A stretch of DNA of 61,956 nucleotides, the filler included. It is 7 parts of 7 records of this genome, joined end to end, with 100 filler letters (N's around TTAATTAATTAA, not from the genome) between each part and the next. Parts side by side here need not be neighbours in the genome. Positions count along the whole stretch, not along the records: positions 25,131 to 32,649 come from SRR31156797_25570; positions 32,750 to 39,715 come from SRR31156797_25597; positions 39,816 to 45,040 come from SRR31156797_25608; 4 more parts are not named here. One strand, given 5' to 3'. Below are positions 30,355 to 40,189 of the stretch, piece after piece. The position numbers and the translations under genes were made by a program. The notes under the pieces are model-generated. The model was not told where the DNA came from. It did no database searches and worked only from the letters and a program-made list of their open reading frames with translations. Position 1 is the stretch's first letter; every line of letters starts with the position of its first letter.

Positions 30355-31557
30355 ATGACGAAGATCGCAGAGAAATTAAAACAAATCAAACCGTCCCAGA
30401 CCAAGGCCATTGCCCAGGTCGCCGCCGACCTCAGGACCATGGGCAGGGAAATCATCCCCCTGAGCCTGGGCGAACCCGATTTCGACACACCAGCCAATAT
30501 CATTGACGCAGGGGTGCGGGCCATGCGCGACGGCCACACCCGCTACACCCCGGTTCCGGGCATGCTTCCCCTGCGCGAGGCCATCTGCGGCAAGCTGGAA
30601 AAAGACAACGGCCTGCATTACACCCCGGAGCAGATCACGGTGGGCGCCGGCGCAAAACAGGTTCTCTACAACGCCATGGCCGCCACCCTGGATGCGGGCG
30701 ATGAGGTGATCATCACCACACCCTGCTGGGTTTCCTACCCCGACATCGTTTCCCTGGCCGGCGGAATACCGGTGCTTGTGGCATGCAGGCGGGAAAACGA
30801 CTATATACTCGACCCGGGAGCGCTTGAGGCCCGTATCACGCCCAGAACAAAATGGCTGATGCTCAACTCCCCCTGCAACCCCACCGGGGCGGTGCTTGAG
30901 GCCGGAAATCTCCGGGCCCTGGCCGAAGTTCTGCGCCGCCACCCCCATGTATCCGTACTGTCGGATGATATTTATGAAAAAATCGTCTTCCCGGGAACAC
31001 ACTTCTGCACCATGGCGACTGCGGCCCCGGACCTCCACGGCCGCTGCCTGGTGGTGAACGGCCTTTCCAAAGCCCATTGCATGACGGGCTGGCGCGTGGG
31101 GTACGGGGCCGGCCCCGCCCCCCTGATCAAGGCCATGAACCTTATCCAGTCCCAGACGACCTCCCATGCAACGTCCATCTCCCAAGTCGCCGCAGTCGAG
31201 GCGCTCCGAGGTCCCCAGGAGTATCTGAACGGATTTCTGAAGGCATATCACCACCGGATTCGGTTCGCCGTCAAGGCCCTCAACGGAATTCCGGGAATCC
31301 GCTGCCGGATGCCCCGGGGCACCTTTTATGTCTTTGCCGAATGCACGGCGCTCATCGGCCGTCCCACCCCCAAGGGCCGCCCCTTGGCCACGGACATCGA
31401 CCTGGGCAGATACCTGATGGAAGAGGCTGGCGTCGCCGTGGTTCCGGGGACGGCCTTTTTGTCTGAAAATCATTTCCGCATATCCTGCGCCACCTCCATG
31501 GAAAATTTGAAAACAGCAATGAAACATATTGAAGGGGCCTGTGCCCAACTAGGATAA
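30355..31557 (+). CDS. palB: Class I aminotransferase, probable phosphonoalanine aminotransferase
   Basis: GEPDF, NSPCNPTG, SDDIY, NGLSKAHCMTGWRVG; immediately upstream of phosphonopyruvate hydrolase. Confidence 0.75.
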   Translation: MTKIAEKLKQIKPSQTKAIAQVAADLRTMGREIIPLSLGEPDFDTPANIIDAGVRAMRDGHTRYTPVPGMLPLREAICGKLEKDNGLHYTPEQITVGAGAKQVLYNAMAATLDAGDEVIITTPCWVSYPDIVSLAGGIPVLVACRRENDYILDPGALEARITPRTKWLMLNSPCNPTGAVLEAGNLRALAEVLRRHPHVSVLSDDIYEKIVFPGTHFCTMATAAPDLHGRCLVVNGLSKAHCMTGWRVGYGAGPAPLIKAMNLIQSQTTSHATSISQVAAVEALRGPQEYLNGFLKAYHHRIRFAVKALNGIPGIRCRMPRGTFYVFAECTALIGRPTPKGRPLATDIDLGRYLMEEAGVAVVPGTAFLSENHFRISCATSMENLKTAMKHIEGACAQLG

Positions 31558-31564
31558 AGAACAA

Positions 31565-32437
31565 ATGCATACAGAAAACAGCATACAGAACATCATAAAA
31601 AAAAACGGAATCTTCCACGCCATGGCAGCACACAATCCCCTGTCGGCGAAGCTGGCCGAGGAAGCGGGATTCAACGGCATCTGGGCCAGCGGGTTCGAGC
31701 TTTCCGCTTCATACGGGATTCCGGATGCCAGCCTGCTGTCCATGACGCAGCATCTTGACAACACACGCGCCATTGTGTCCCGGGTGTCCGTTCCGGTGAT
31801 CGCCGACATTGACACGGGCTACGGAAATGCCATCAATGTCATGCATGTCACAGAGGCCTATGAAAGGGCCGGTGCTGCGGCCATCGTCATGGAGGACAAA
31901 AAATTCCCCAAGGACACCAGCCTGCTTGAGGGGGGACGCCAGGACCTGGTGTCCGTCGGTGAATTCCAGGGGAAAATCCGAGCGGCCGTTGCCGCAAGGC
32001 GGTCCGAAAATTTCACCGTCATTGCAAGGACCGAAGCCCTGATCGCGGGGCTGGGGTGCGGGGAGGCCCTGAACCGGGCCCGGGCCTATGTCGACGCAGG
32101 GGCCCGGATGATTCTCGTCCACTCCAAGTCAAAGGACCCGGGCGAAATTCTCTCGTTCCTCGACAAATGGGAAGAAAAGGTTCCCATTGTGCTGGTTCCC
32201 ACCAGCTATCCGGAACTTACGGAGAAAAAGATGAAAGAGACCGGCAAGGTCGGTGTCGTCATCTACGGCAACCATGCCGTCCGGGCGGCGGTGACAGCCA
32301 TGCAGCAGATTTTCAGAGCCATCCGTGAAGACGGCGGGATTCACAATGCCGATAAACGCATTGTTCCGGTGAAAGAAATATTCAGACTCCAGGGGGTTGC
32401 CGCCATGAAAGCCGATGAGGCATTGTTTATCCCATAA
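31565..32437 (+). CDS. palA: Phosphonopyruvate hydrolase
   Basis: PEP mutase/ICL fold with hydrolase-type features AMAAHNPL, SGFELSASY, DIDTGYGN, EDKKFPKDTSL (PEP mutase usually has PK.NS), and YGNHA.RAAV. Confidence 0.88.
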   Translation: MHTENSIQNIIKKNGIFHAMAAHNPLSAKLAEEAGFNGIWASGFELSASYGIPDASLLSMTQHLDNTRAIVSRVSVPVIADIDTGYGNAINVMHVTEAYERAGAAAIVMEDKKFPKDTSLLEGGRQDLVSVGEFQGKIRAAVAARRSENFTVIARTEALIAGLGCGEALNRARAYVDAGARMILVHSKSKDPGEILSFLDKWEEKVPIVLVPTSYPELTEKKMKETGKVGVVIYGNHAVRAAVTAMQQIFRAIREDGGIHNADKRIVPVKEIFRLQGVAAMKADEALFIP

Positions 32438-32649
32438 CCTGGGCATACGTAGAACCAAGGCGAAGCAGATCCCCACAAAAGAATAAACAGGTTGGGAGAC
32501 TACTTATTTGGAAAAGGTTCTTGGAGGGTGATCTGTTGAAGGGCAAAACTCATGGGGACTTCATAAAAGCCACATGCGGTGACCCTGCATCAAACCCTTG
32601 AATTTATAAATGTTCCTGGTATACTGACCGGACAAAATGATTTTTTCAC

Positions 32650-32749
32650 NNNNNNNNNNNNNNNNNNNNNNNNNNNNNNNNNNNNNNNNNNNNTTAATTA
32701 ATTAANNNNNNNNNNNNNNNNNNNNNNNNNNNNNNNNNNNNNNNNNNNN
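32650..32749. other. Artificial contig spacer
   Basis: 44 N + TTAATTAATTAA + 44 N. Confidence 0.98.
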
Positions 32750-32802
32750 TAAAAACACAGTTCGGTTACCACCTGCTGGAAATCACAAGCCGCGAAGACT
32801 AA
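32750..32802 (+). CDS. ppiC: C-terminal fragment of parvulin-type peptidyl-prolyl isomerase
   Basis: KTQFGYHLLEITSRED*, the parvulin C-terminal motif. Confidence 0.75.
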
Positions 32803-32826
32803 ACATCGCTTTCTGTTTGTGTAATG

Positions 32827-32861
32827 AAGGCCCCGCACAGAATTCTGTGCGGGGCTTTTTT
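32827..32861 (+). terminator. Intrinsic terminator
   Basis: GCCCCGCACAG-AATT-CTGTGCGGGGC-TTTTTT. Confidence 0.85.
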
Positions 32862-32982
32862 GTTTGATCTGGAGGCCTTAAAATTTTTGGATTTCAGATA
32901 GACAGATTATCAGCCCTTCTAGGATGTCCAGCATGGGCATACTCCAGATGGACTTGACATGTAAGATGGTGGTCAATTTGAC

Positions 32983-34023
32983 ATGTTCAATAAAAAGGCA
33001 GAATTAATTCTGATGAAGACAGAAACAATAAAACTTCCTACCAAGCTAATCGTTACGACTATCTGCCCATTTGTTAGGTCCATGTATGAGTTGCAAGAAG
33101 CGGACAAATACGTTTTCGACTTTAGTGGATTGAAATGGTGTGAACCCTTTGGGATGTTATATTTGTCTAATCAATTGAAAGCATATCGGAAATCAAAGCC
33201 AGATAAGAGATTTGTCGCCAAGAATTACGGCCATTTAACGTATCCCGGCCATATGGGTTTTTTTCAATCATTCGGGCTGGATTTTGGAAAGAACGCAGGA
33301 GAGGCCCCCGGCAACAGCCACTATCTACCTATAAGAACCATGCACCTAGATCCGATTGAACAAGCAGCAAAAGCAAAAGCTGAATATCTTGGAACTGAGA
33401 TTGAGCGAATATCTCAGGAATTGGCTATGGTGTTGTCACAACGATCCAAGGGGATTGTTGTGGATGTTCTTAGATATGCATTTCGTGAAATAATCCGTAA
33501 TGTGTTCGAGCATAGCGAAGCAAACGAATTTGATTACTGCGCACAGTATTGGAATACAGGAAGAGTTGAAATGTCTGTGTTGGACACCGGTATTGGTATC
33601 AAGAGGGCTTTATCAGCAAACCCCCATCTTCACCTGCCAGACCATGAAGCCGCATTGAAATGTTCCGTCCTGCCGGGAATATCAGGAAAGATGTACAAAG
33701 GGGTCAAGCCGCAACCGGGTAATCCTTGGGAGAACTCCGGTTTCGGATTGTACATGGCGAATAGGCTTTGTAGTCATGGGGGAAGCTTTCTTATGTGCAG
33801 TGGAGACCGTGGTATGATTTGGCAGGGAAGCACAAGGCGCGAGATTCCACTTATAATGAACGGAACTACCCTTCGTCTCACCTTAAACATCAACGCTTTG
33901 CAATCTGTTGAAGATTTGATTGATAGGTTCGTAAAAGAAGGTGAGGAGATCGCAACATGGTGCCAAGATGGCAATCCTGTAACGGCTTCTAAGGCATCCA
34001 AAATGCTCGGTATGGCTGAGTAG
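32983..34023 (+). CDS. Histidine-kinase-like ATPase (GHKL) with STAS-like N-terminus
   Basis: N box EIIRNVFEHS, G1 box DTGIGI, G2 box NSGFGLY; no H box or TM segment. Confidence 0.7.
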   Translation: MFNKKAELILMKTETIKLPTKLIVTTICPFVRSMYELQEADKYVFDFSGLKWCEPFGMLYLSNQLKAYRKSKPDKRFVAKNYGHLTYPGHMGFFQSFGLDFGKNAGEAPGNSHYLPIRTMHLDPIEQAAKAKAEYLGTEIERISQELAMVLSQRSKGIVVDVLRYAFREIIRNVFEHSEANEFDYCAQYWNTGRVEMSVLDTGIGIKRALSANPHLHLPDHEAALKCSVLPGISGKMYKGVKPQPGNPWENSGFGLYMANRLCSHGGSFLMCSGDRGMIWQGSTRREIPLIMNGTTLRLTLNINALQSVEDLIDRFVKEGEEIATWCQDGNPVTASKASKMLGMAE

Positions 34024-34408
34024 CCCAATACCCAAGATTCAATTGTTTTAAAAAATGGGACTCAAGTAGGGCATATTTTATCATCCACCTCCGCTCCCGG
34101 TGCGAATGAGATGTTTCAATTTTGCCTACGATAGCAAAGCATTGACATCCTCGAAGCTCCCGAGGGAGGTGTCCTCATCACGAGTATCCCACCTTCTCAG
34201 CCGTTACGTTGAAATCATTGGCGAATTTTCAGGTTCGTTTGAGGCAGAGAATTTTATACTCATCCGTTCTTAAAAAATCCCAACCTTCACATCAAGTCCA
34301 TCACCCTGTAGGGGGGGGATGGGGTATACACTTTTATCATCCCTCAAGCATTTGACGTGGACCACGCCCCGTCCACAAAAATAAAGCCCCAAATTTGGGG
34401 CTTTTTTT

Positions 34409-34906
34409 CTAGGCAGTGTGTTTGCCGACTTCCTGTTTCCATTCCGAGACAAGCTCTTTTACTTGTTCGGCTTGAGGGGAATCCGTTTTGTAGTGTTCCG
34501 CAAAGACATGTAAATCCGTGGCACCTCGGGGGGCAAAGAGTCCTTTGACCCGGCACCAGAGAGGATCGAGAACTTCCACGAAGTCGTCGAGCATCTTGTT
34601 GGTCAATGTTTCCATGAAGGATTGATGGTTGCGGTAGGCAAACATATAGAGCTTGAAACTCTTTGATTCGACAATTTTCTGGTCCGGGATATATTCCATG
34701 ACAATGGTTCCGAAATCGGGCTGGCCTGTCATGGGGCAAAGCGATGTATATTCCGGGAATGAAATGGACACCACGTATGGTCGGCCGGGATAATTGTTCG
34801 GAAAGGCTTCGAGAATCCCGGGATTGGGCGAATCCATCTGGTATTTGGTTTGTCCACCCTCACCGAGGGTTTGCAGGTGGCTGGTTTTATCTTGACTTTT
34901 TGACAT
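34409..34906 (-). CDS. queF: NADPH-dependent 7-cyano-7-deazaguanine (preQ0) reductase
   Basis: EYTSLCPMTGQPDF and VESKSFKLY. Confidence 0.95.
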   Translation of the reverse strand: MSKSQDKTSHLQTLGEGGQTKYQMDSPNPGILEAFPNNYPGRPYVVSISFPEYTSLCPMTGQPDFGTIVMEYIPDQKIVESKSFKLYMFAYRNHQSFMETLTNKMLDDFVEVLDPLWCRVKGLFAPRGATDLHVFAEHYKTDSPQAEQVKELVSEWKQEVGKHTA

Positions 34907-35066
34907 GATTTTCTCCTTTATCCGTCGAGGCTCTTGGCGGATATTTTGACTTTTACCGGACCCAATGGCAAGTGCTGCGTAACAGAGGCGCCGCCGGGGA
35001 CAGTTTTTCCCCCAAGCGGCAGGTTCGTACCAATACTTTTGGACAGTTCAATCCAAGGAAGAAAAA

Positions 35067-35696
35067 ATGAAAATCTTCGAACGCAAGGCGTATGTCTTGC
35101 TCATTAGCCTGTTTATCGGCGGGCTGGTTGTCGCTGCGATCATCTCCAGCAAAATCATCACTATTTTTGGCCTTGCCGTACCCGCCGGAGTGCTGGCGTA
35201 TTCCATCACCTTTGCCGTTTCCGATGTCATCAGCGAAGTGTGGGGCGAGGAACTGGCAAACGAAGCCGTGACCTGCGGATTCATTACCCTCATCTTCATC
35301 ACGGGAATCGCATGGCTGGCCGTCTACTGGCCCGCAGCACCTTTCTGGCAGAATCAGGAAGCGTTCGCCGGGGTTATCGGCAACACGCCACGTATCGTTA
35401 TGGCTTCGCTCTTGGCATATGTCGTGAGCCAAAAGCATGACATCTGGCTCTTCCATCTGCTGAAACGCCGCATGAACGGCCGCTCCCTGTGGCTTCGCAA
35501 CAATCTCTCCACCATGGCCTCCCAGCTCATAGATTCGACCATCTTTGTCACCGTCGCCTTTTACGGCATCCTTCCTCTGGGAGAAGTCATTATCGGACAA
35601 TGGCTGGTAAAACTGCTGATTGCGGCACTCGATACCCCCGTGGTCTACATGCTCGTCGCGCTTATCCGAGGAAAAGTCCGGCCCGTCACCGCCTAG
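35067..35696 (+). CDS. yhhQ: Queuosine precursor transporter (VUT family)
   Basis: SDVISEVWG, RIVMASLLAY, WLRNNLST..SQLIDS..F, DTP; divergent from queF. Confidence 0.9.
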   Translation: MKIFERKAYVLLISLFIGGLVVAAIISSKIITIFGLAVPAGVLAYSITFAVSDVISEVWGEELANEAVTCGFITLIFITGIAWLAVYWPAAPFWQNQEAFAGVIGNTPRIVMASLLAYVVSQKHDIWLFHLLKRRMNGRSLWLRNNLSTMASQLIDSTIFVTVAFYGILPLGEVIIGQWLVKLLIAALDTPVVYMLVALIRGKVRPVTA

Positions 35697-35821
35697 TACC
35701 AACTTCCCTCGCGGCGAAACGATTCTACGCGCGAACCCGTTCACTTCTCATACAAATAATGAGCCCCCAACAGCATACACTGTTGGGGGTTCATCGTTTC
35801 AGCATTGAAAATCTACTTCGA

Positions 35822-36454
35822 TTACTTGCATATCTTTTCCGCTTTGAGAGCGTCCAGCCATGGGCCGGGGCCGTAGCCGACAAGAACCGTGCTCCCGGCG
35901 ATAAGAATCGGCGTGCCGGGCAGGTCCACCACCTTGGCAAGATCAGTGGTCAGCATGGTGTGCGGCTCGTGCTCCTTTTGCAGACGGACAGCCAATTCCG
36001 GCAGCGTCGTATCTTTCAGCATATCCGGGAAGGCTTCGGTGAACTGCATGAGCATAAGCATACGCGCCTGCATCAGATCATCCGTCTTGACCATCTTGAG
36101 GTCGGAGTATGCAAAGTCCACATATTCCTTGAGGTGGTCCGTTCCGACAGCATCCTCCAAAATCCAGGCAGCCATATCGGAACCGGGGAAACTCAAACGC
36201 GGGAAAAAGGACAGCCGCAAAGTGCGATATTGATCGGGATATTCACCAAGAAGCTTGTGGCCCAGACGGCAATGCCAGCACAAAGGATCGGTCACGACCA
36301 CGATGTCCAGCTCACCCGTACCCGTGAGTTCGACCACGCTGTTATCATACAAGGCCCGATATCCGGGCTCACATCCATTCCGCTCTTCACCAGAGGCAAG
36401 GGCAGGAACAGAAAGGACCAAAACCAGAAGAAGTATCGGTATATATCGCTGCAT
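35822..36454 (-). CDS. Exported thioredoxin-fold (DsbA/DsbC-like) protein
   Basis: Signal peptide; TDPLCWHC; GTP cis-Pro loop. Confidence 0.75.
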   Translation of the reverse strand: MQRYIPILLLVLVLSVPALASGEERNGCEPGYRALYDNSVVELTGTGELDIVVVTDPLCWHCRLGHKLLGEYPDQYRTLRLSFFPRLSFPGSDMAAWILEDAVGTDHLKEYVDFAYSDLKMVKTDDLMQARMLMLMQFTEAFPDMLKDTTLPELAVRLQKEHEPHTMLTTDLAKVVDLPGTPILIAGSTVLVGYGPGPWLDALKAEKICK

Positions 36455-36509
36455 GGCCGGACTTTATACGGTTCTCCGCCCGATGCCAACCGCGAATTAT
36501 TCTCCGTGG

Positions 36510-38348
36510 TCAGGCCGCCGCATTGGTGTCGCGAAGAGACAAAACGCCCGCGCCCGTATTGGCTGCCAGAAATTGCTGCACACCCTCTTTCCCCATGAAT
36601 CGGCCCAGCACTTTGGGGTCGGATTTCATGAGGTCCACCAGAATCAACCCGTCCAGACAGTCGCCGAAATCAGGGTCAACATTGAAGCCGATAATCTTCC
36701 CGCCCAGCTTGAGGTATTGCTTGAGCAAAACCGGAATGGATCGCCCGTCTTCCACATCACGCACGCAATCCGCAACGTCGGCTGGATCGTCGAACATATT
36801 ATCCGGCAACGTGAAATCCACCTTCTTGAGTTTCCTGACCTTGGGTGGCCGCTTGGGTAACGCCATTTGCGCCAGCTCCGGCAAGGATGAATGACGCTCC
36901 ATAAACCCCATGATCAACTCACGGGACACGCCGGAGTATTCACTGGATATGGACACACAGCCGAACAGTCGGGTGTACTTCGGATTCCGCACAACAAACT
37001 CGGCGACGCCCTTCCACAACAGCAGCAACGGCTGGTAGCTTTTCTGATATTTCGGCGTGATGAATGACCGGCCCATTTCAAGCGCGGGACCAAGCTCGTG
37101 CAGAAAACTCTCCCGGTATTTAAACAGGGTTGAGGTATACAGCCCTTTGCCGCCCTGCTGTTTGAGAATCTCATCAGTCAGGCCGAATCGATACGCACCG
37201 GCAACTTCTCGATCAGTGCGATTCCACAACACGAGATGACGATATGTATCGTCAAACTCGTCGATATCCATGGCCCTGCCCGTGCCCTCACCCACCTGAC
37301 GAAAAGTCTCTTCGCGCCGGATACCAATCTCGCGGAGAATCCGGGGAATCTGTTCGGCGTTGGCATGGAACACCACAAATTCCGAATTCTCTATCAGGAT
37401 ATTCTCGTCCGGCAGACTGGCGACCTCACTGGCCAAAATATGCTTGCCCCGCGAATTGGCGATGGGGTCCAACTTCCGGCTGACTTCACGCGGCTTGAAA
37501 TTGAAACGCGGCTTCTTGTCCTTACGCAACAAGTAGGTGCGGAACCGTAGGTAATCCACCAACTCCTGATCACTATCGAACTCACGCATCTTCTCGCTGG
37601 CAATGGTCGAGCCAAGCCCCATACGGATGACATCCTTCGAAGCATGACGCAGGTTCTCATGCGGCAAGAGCATGGTTCGCAAACGAGGATGAATCAAACC
37701 AAGCGTCTGAAACAGCCCGGAATTGCGGCCATCAAAAAAGACCGGCAGCGCATTGGCTCCGGTCTTGCGAATAATCCTGCCGATCATGGGATTCCATTTT
37801 GGATCGGCCACCATCCCTTTCTTGACCTTGAGACTCGACACCTCACCCGCCGGAAAGACCACGAGCATACCGCCGCCCTTGAGCCAGCGCATACACGCCT
37901 TGAGTCCGGCTATATTCTTCTTGGTAGAGCCGAGGTTCCCGAACGGATCGACCTCGATAATCAAGTCGTCCATCTCGGGAATCATGCCGAGCATGAAATT
38001 CGCCATGATCTTGATGTCCGACCGAACCTCCCGCAAAACCCGGACGAGCAGCAGCCCCTCCAGTACGCCAAATGGATGGTTACACACCGCGACCAGCGGC
38101 CCGGTCTTTGGCACACGGCCTACAGGTTGGCCGTCCACGGAAAACTTCACGCCGAGCATATCCAATGTCTGCTCCACAAACGAAGCATCGCCGCCCTTTT
38201 CCTGAAGCGTCGAATACATGGAATTCAACGTATCAAGCCGAAGAACCTTGGCAAGCGGCTTCTTGAGCATGGAAAACAGGGTGTGACGAACAGGGTCGGC
38301 AAAAGGCGAATCAAGATTGAAAATCGGACCGGCTATGCGATCTTCCAT
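36510..38348 (-). CDS. Lysophospholipid acyltransferase-GNAT fusion (OlsF-like ornithine lipid synthase)
   Basis: N-terminal NHPFG and FPAGEVS; C-terminal REETFR.VGEGTG...D.DEFD and LEMGRSF. Confidence 0.8.
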   Translation of the reverse strand: MEDRIAGPIFNLDSPFADPVRHTLFSMLKKPLAKVLRLDTLNSMYSTLQEKGGDASFVEQTLDMLGVKFSVDGQPVGRVPKTGPLVAVCNHPFGVLEGLLLVRVLREVRSDIKIMANFMLGMIPEMDDLIIEVDPFGNLGSTKKNIAGLKACMRWLKGGGMLVVFPAGEVSSLKVKKGMVADPKWNPMIGRIIRKTGANALPVFFDGRNSGLFQTLGLIHPRLRTMLLPHENLRHASKDVIRMGLGSTIASEKMREFDSDQELVDYLRFRTYLLRKDKKPRFNFKPREVSRKLDPIANSRGKHILASEVASLPDENILIENSEFVVFHANAEQIPRILREIGIRREETFRQVGEGTGRAMDIDEFDDTYRHLVLWNRTDREVAGAYRFGLTDEILKQQGGKGLYTSTLFKYRESFLHELGPALEMGRSFITPKYQKSYQPLLLLWKGVAEFVVRNPKYTRLFGCVSISSEYSGVSRELIMGFMERHSSLPELAQMALPKRPPKVRKLKKVDFTLPDNMFDDPADVADCVRDVEDGRSIPVLLKQYLKLGGKIIGFNVDPDFGDCLDGLILVDLMKSDPKVLGRFMGKEGVQQFLAANTGAGVLSLRDTNAAA

Positions 38349-38539
38349 TCATTCCTCCTAGGGTGACTGGTTGCCGAACCCTATGATGAATCCCTGCCGA
38401 ATTCGCGCCGCCTTCATGACAAAACACCACACTTTGGTGACGCTCTTTCGGCGGTTCTGTGACAGCACTCTCATCCAAAAGAAAAACCCGGATACCGACA
38501 TATCCGGGGTCAAAGTATCTTCTATTTATCAATTATCTC

Positions 38540-38884
38540 TCACTGGAGCGAACCGACAAGGTCACGCCGCACCGACCAATGTTTGCGCGGAATGGGGAGG
38601 CACACACTCTTCTCCGCCACATCGGTACACATAATCAGACCGCCGGAAAGCTCCTCCCAGAACAACTTATCCACAAACAACGCCACGGCCTGCGCCTGCG
38701 TTAATCTATCGGAATCCATACCCGGCATATACTGACGCATAACGGCTCGCGCCCCAAGCTGCACCAGACGCGCCCCTTCACGAGTCAGGGCTACATCCTC
38801 ATAATCAATGGCGTGAAGCACCGGCTCCATACCGTGATCTTCATAAAATGACGCCAAATAACCGGAACGATCTGCATTGGACAT
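38540..38884 (-). CDS. Hypothetical protein
   Basis: GGAGG RBS before the ATG at 38884; terminator-like hairpin downstream. Confidence 0.65.
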   Translation of the reverse strand: MSNADRSGYLASFYEDHGMEPVLHAIDYEDVALTREGARLVQLGARAVMRQYMPGMDSDRLTQAQAVALFVDKLFWEELSGGLIMCTDVAEKSVCLPIPRKHWSVRRDLVGSLQ

Positions 38885-38920
38885 ACTCACGACCTCCGTT
38901 TGCGGTACATTGAAAAAGTA

Positions 38921-38936
38921 TGCAATCACTAGACCT
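38921..38936 (-). promoter_or_regulatory. Possible sigma54 promoter
   Basis: AGG-TCTAGTGATT-GCA (GG-N10-GC), with an IHF-like AATCAG-TGGG-TTA nearby. Confidence 0.4.
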
Positions 38937-39066
38937 AAAAAGAGCAGTAACTATTGCTAACTACAATATCCACATAAAATCAGTGGGTTAAACAAAACGT
39001 CTCAAATAATGGGATATGAACCTTTTTTCCACTCTCAACGGACTGGATTTTTTTTGCCTCTCCAGC

Positions 39067-39094
39067 TTGACACTCTGAACGCGGTGTTTATCTT
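39067..39094 (+). promoter_or_regulatory. Putative sigma70-type promoter of groESL
   Basis: TTGACA-N16-TATCTT. Confidence 0.5.
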
Positions 39095-39173
39095 TCACGC
39101 AGCATAATGGGCCGTCTGGTAGCACATGCCGACCCACAAAAAATCAAATTATTCCCTTTGGAGGTAATAAAGG

Positions 39174-39461
39174 ATGGAACTGAAACCGCTGAACGACCGC
39201 GTCTTGGTCAAGCGTCTGGAAATGGAAGAGAAAACCGCGGGTGGCATCTACATCCCGGATTCTGCCAAGGAAAAGCCCATGAAGGGTGAAATCGTCGCTG
39301 CCGGTCCCGGCAAGCCGAACGACGCTGGCGACCGCGTTGCCCTGACCGTCAAGGTCGGCGATTCCGTGCTGTTTGCCAAATACGCCGGAATGGAAATCAA
39401 CATCGAAGGCGTGGAACATCTGGTCATGCGTGAGGAAGACATCCTCGCTATCGTCGACTAG
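39174..39461 (+). CDS. groES: Co-chaperonin GroES
   Basis: [25 protein letters not shown]. Confidence 0.98.
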   Translation: MELKPLNDRVLVKRLEMEEKTAGGIYIPDSAKEKPMKGEIVAAGPGKPNDAGDRVALTVKVGDSVLFAKYAGMEINIEGVEHLVMREEDILAIVD

Positions 39462-39502
39462 TCGTTACATTCACCGAATTCATACACAAACATTTCTTCT
39501 AA

Positions 39503-39715
<213 letters not shown>

Positions 39716-39815
39716 NNNNNNNNNNNNNNNNNNNNNNNNNNNNNNNNNNNNNNNNNNNNTTAATTAATTAANNNNNNNNNNNNNNNNNNNNNNNNNNNNN
39801 NNNNNNNNNNNNNNN
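39716..39815. other. Artificial contig spacer
   Basis: 44 N + TTAATTAATTAA + 44 N. Confidence 0.98.
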
Positions 39816-40066
39816 AAGCATTCCAGGTAGCGGTGGGAATCCCAGTCCATTACCGCCACCGTATCCCCGGGTTTTACACCGAGTTTTTCAAGCATGGACG
39901 CCAGCTGCTTTACCCTAGTGCCGAAGGTTTTATAATCGTAGCGCATAAGATCCCGGTAGACGATTTCCTGATCCGGGGAATAGATCAACGGGGTGTCTAA
40001 AAGATTTTTAATGAGCAATGGATAATTGTAGGCATCCGGGGTGGGGGTGATGAGTCTGGTGTCCAT
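39816..40066 (-). CDS. Medium/long-chain fatty acid-CoA ligase, 3'-partial
   Basis: YPLLIK...PDQEIVYRD...GDTVAVMDWDSHRYLE. Confidence 0.85.
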
Positions 40067-40189
40067 GGAACCTCCTTTGAATTTTGGGTTTCTATACCTT
40101 TATGCCATGGAGGAAAAGAAGAAAATAGGTGGGCGTCCCGAATGGGGGTATGGAAAATCCCGAAATTCCTGTAGGTTAAATCCCTACAC

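Noticed and set aside
27819-31548. Long antisense ORFs (538 aa and 390 aa) over the permease and aminotransferase
   Set aside because: Shadow ORFs typical of GC-rich coding DNA; no motifs, and fully overlapped by well-supported genes.
31565-32437. PEP mutase / phosphonate biosynthesis cluster
   Set aside because: The loop reads PKDTS rather than PK.NS, there is no decarboxylase or nucleotidyltransferase, and the importer-plus-LysR context is catabolic.
34907-35066. Canonical preQ1 riboswitch
   Set aside because: GGTTCG is present, but no matching P1 stem plus A-rich tail of class I, or class II/III architecture, could be built by eye.
39061-39173. CIRCE element upstream of groES
   Set aside because: TTGACACTC is followed by only a weak right arm at 6-nt rather than 9-nt spacing; better explained as a -35 box.
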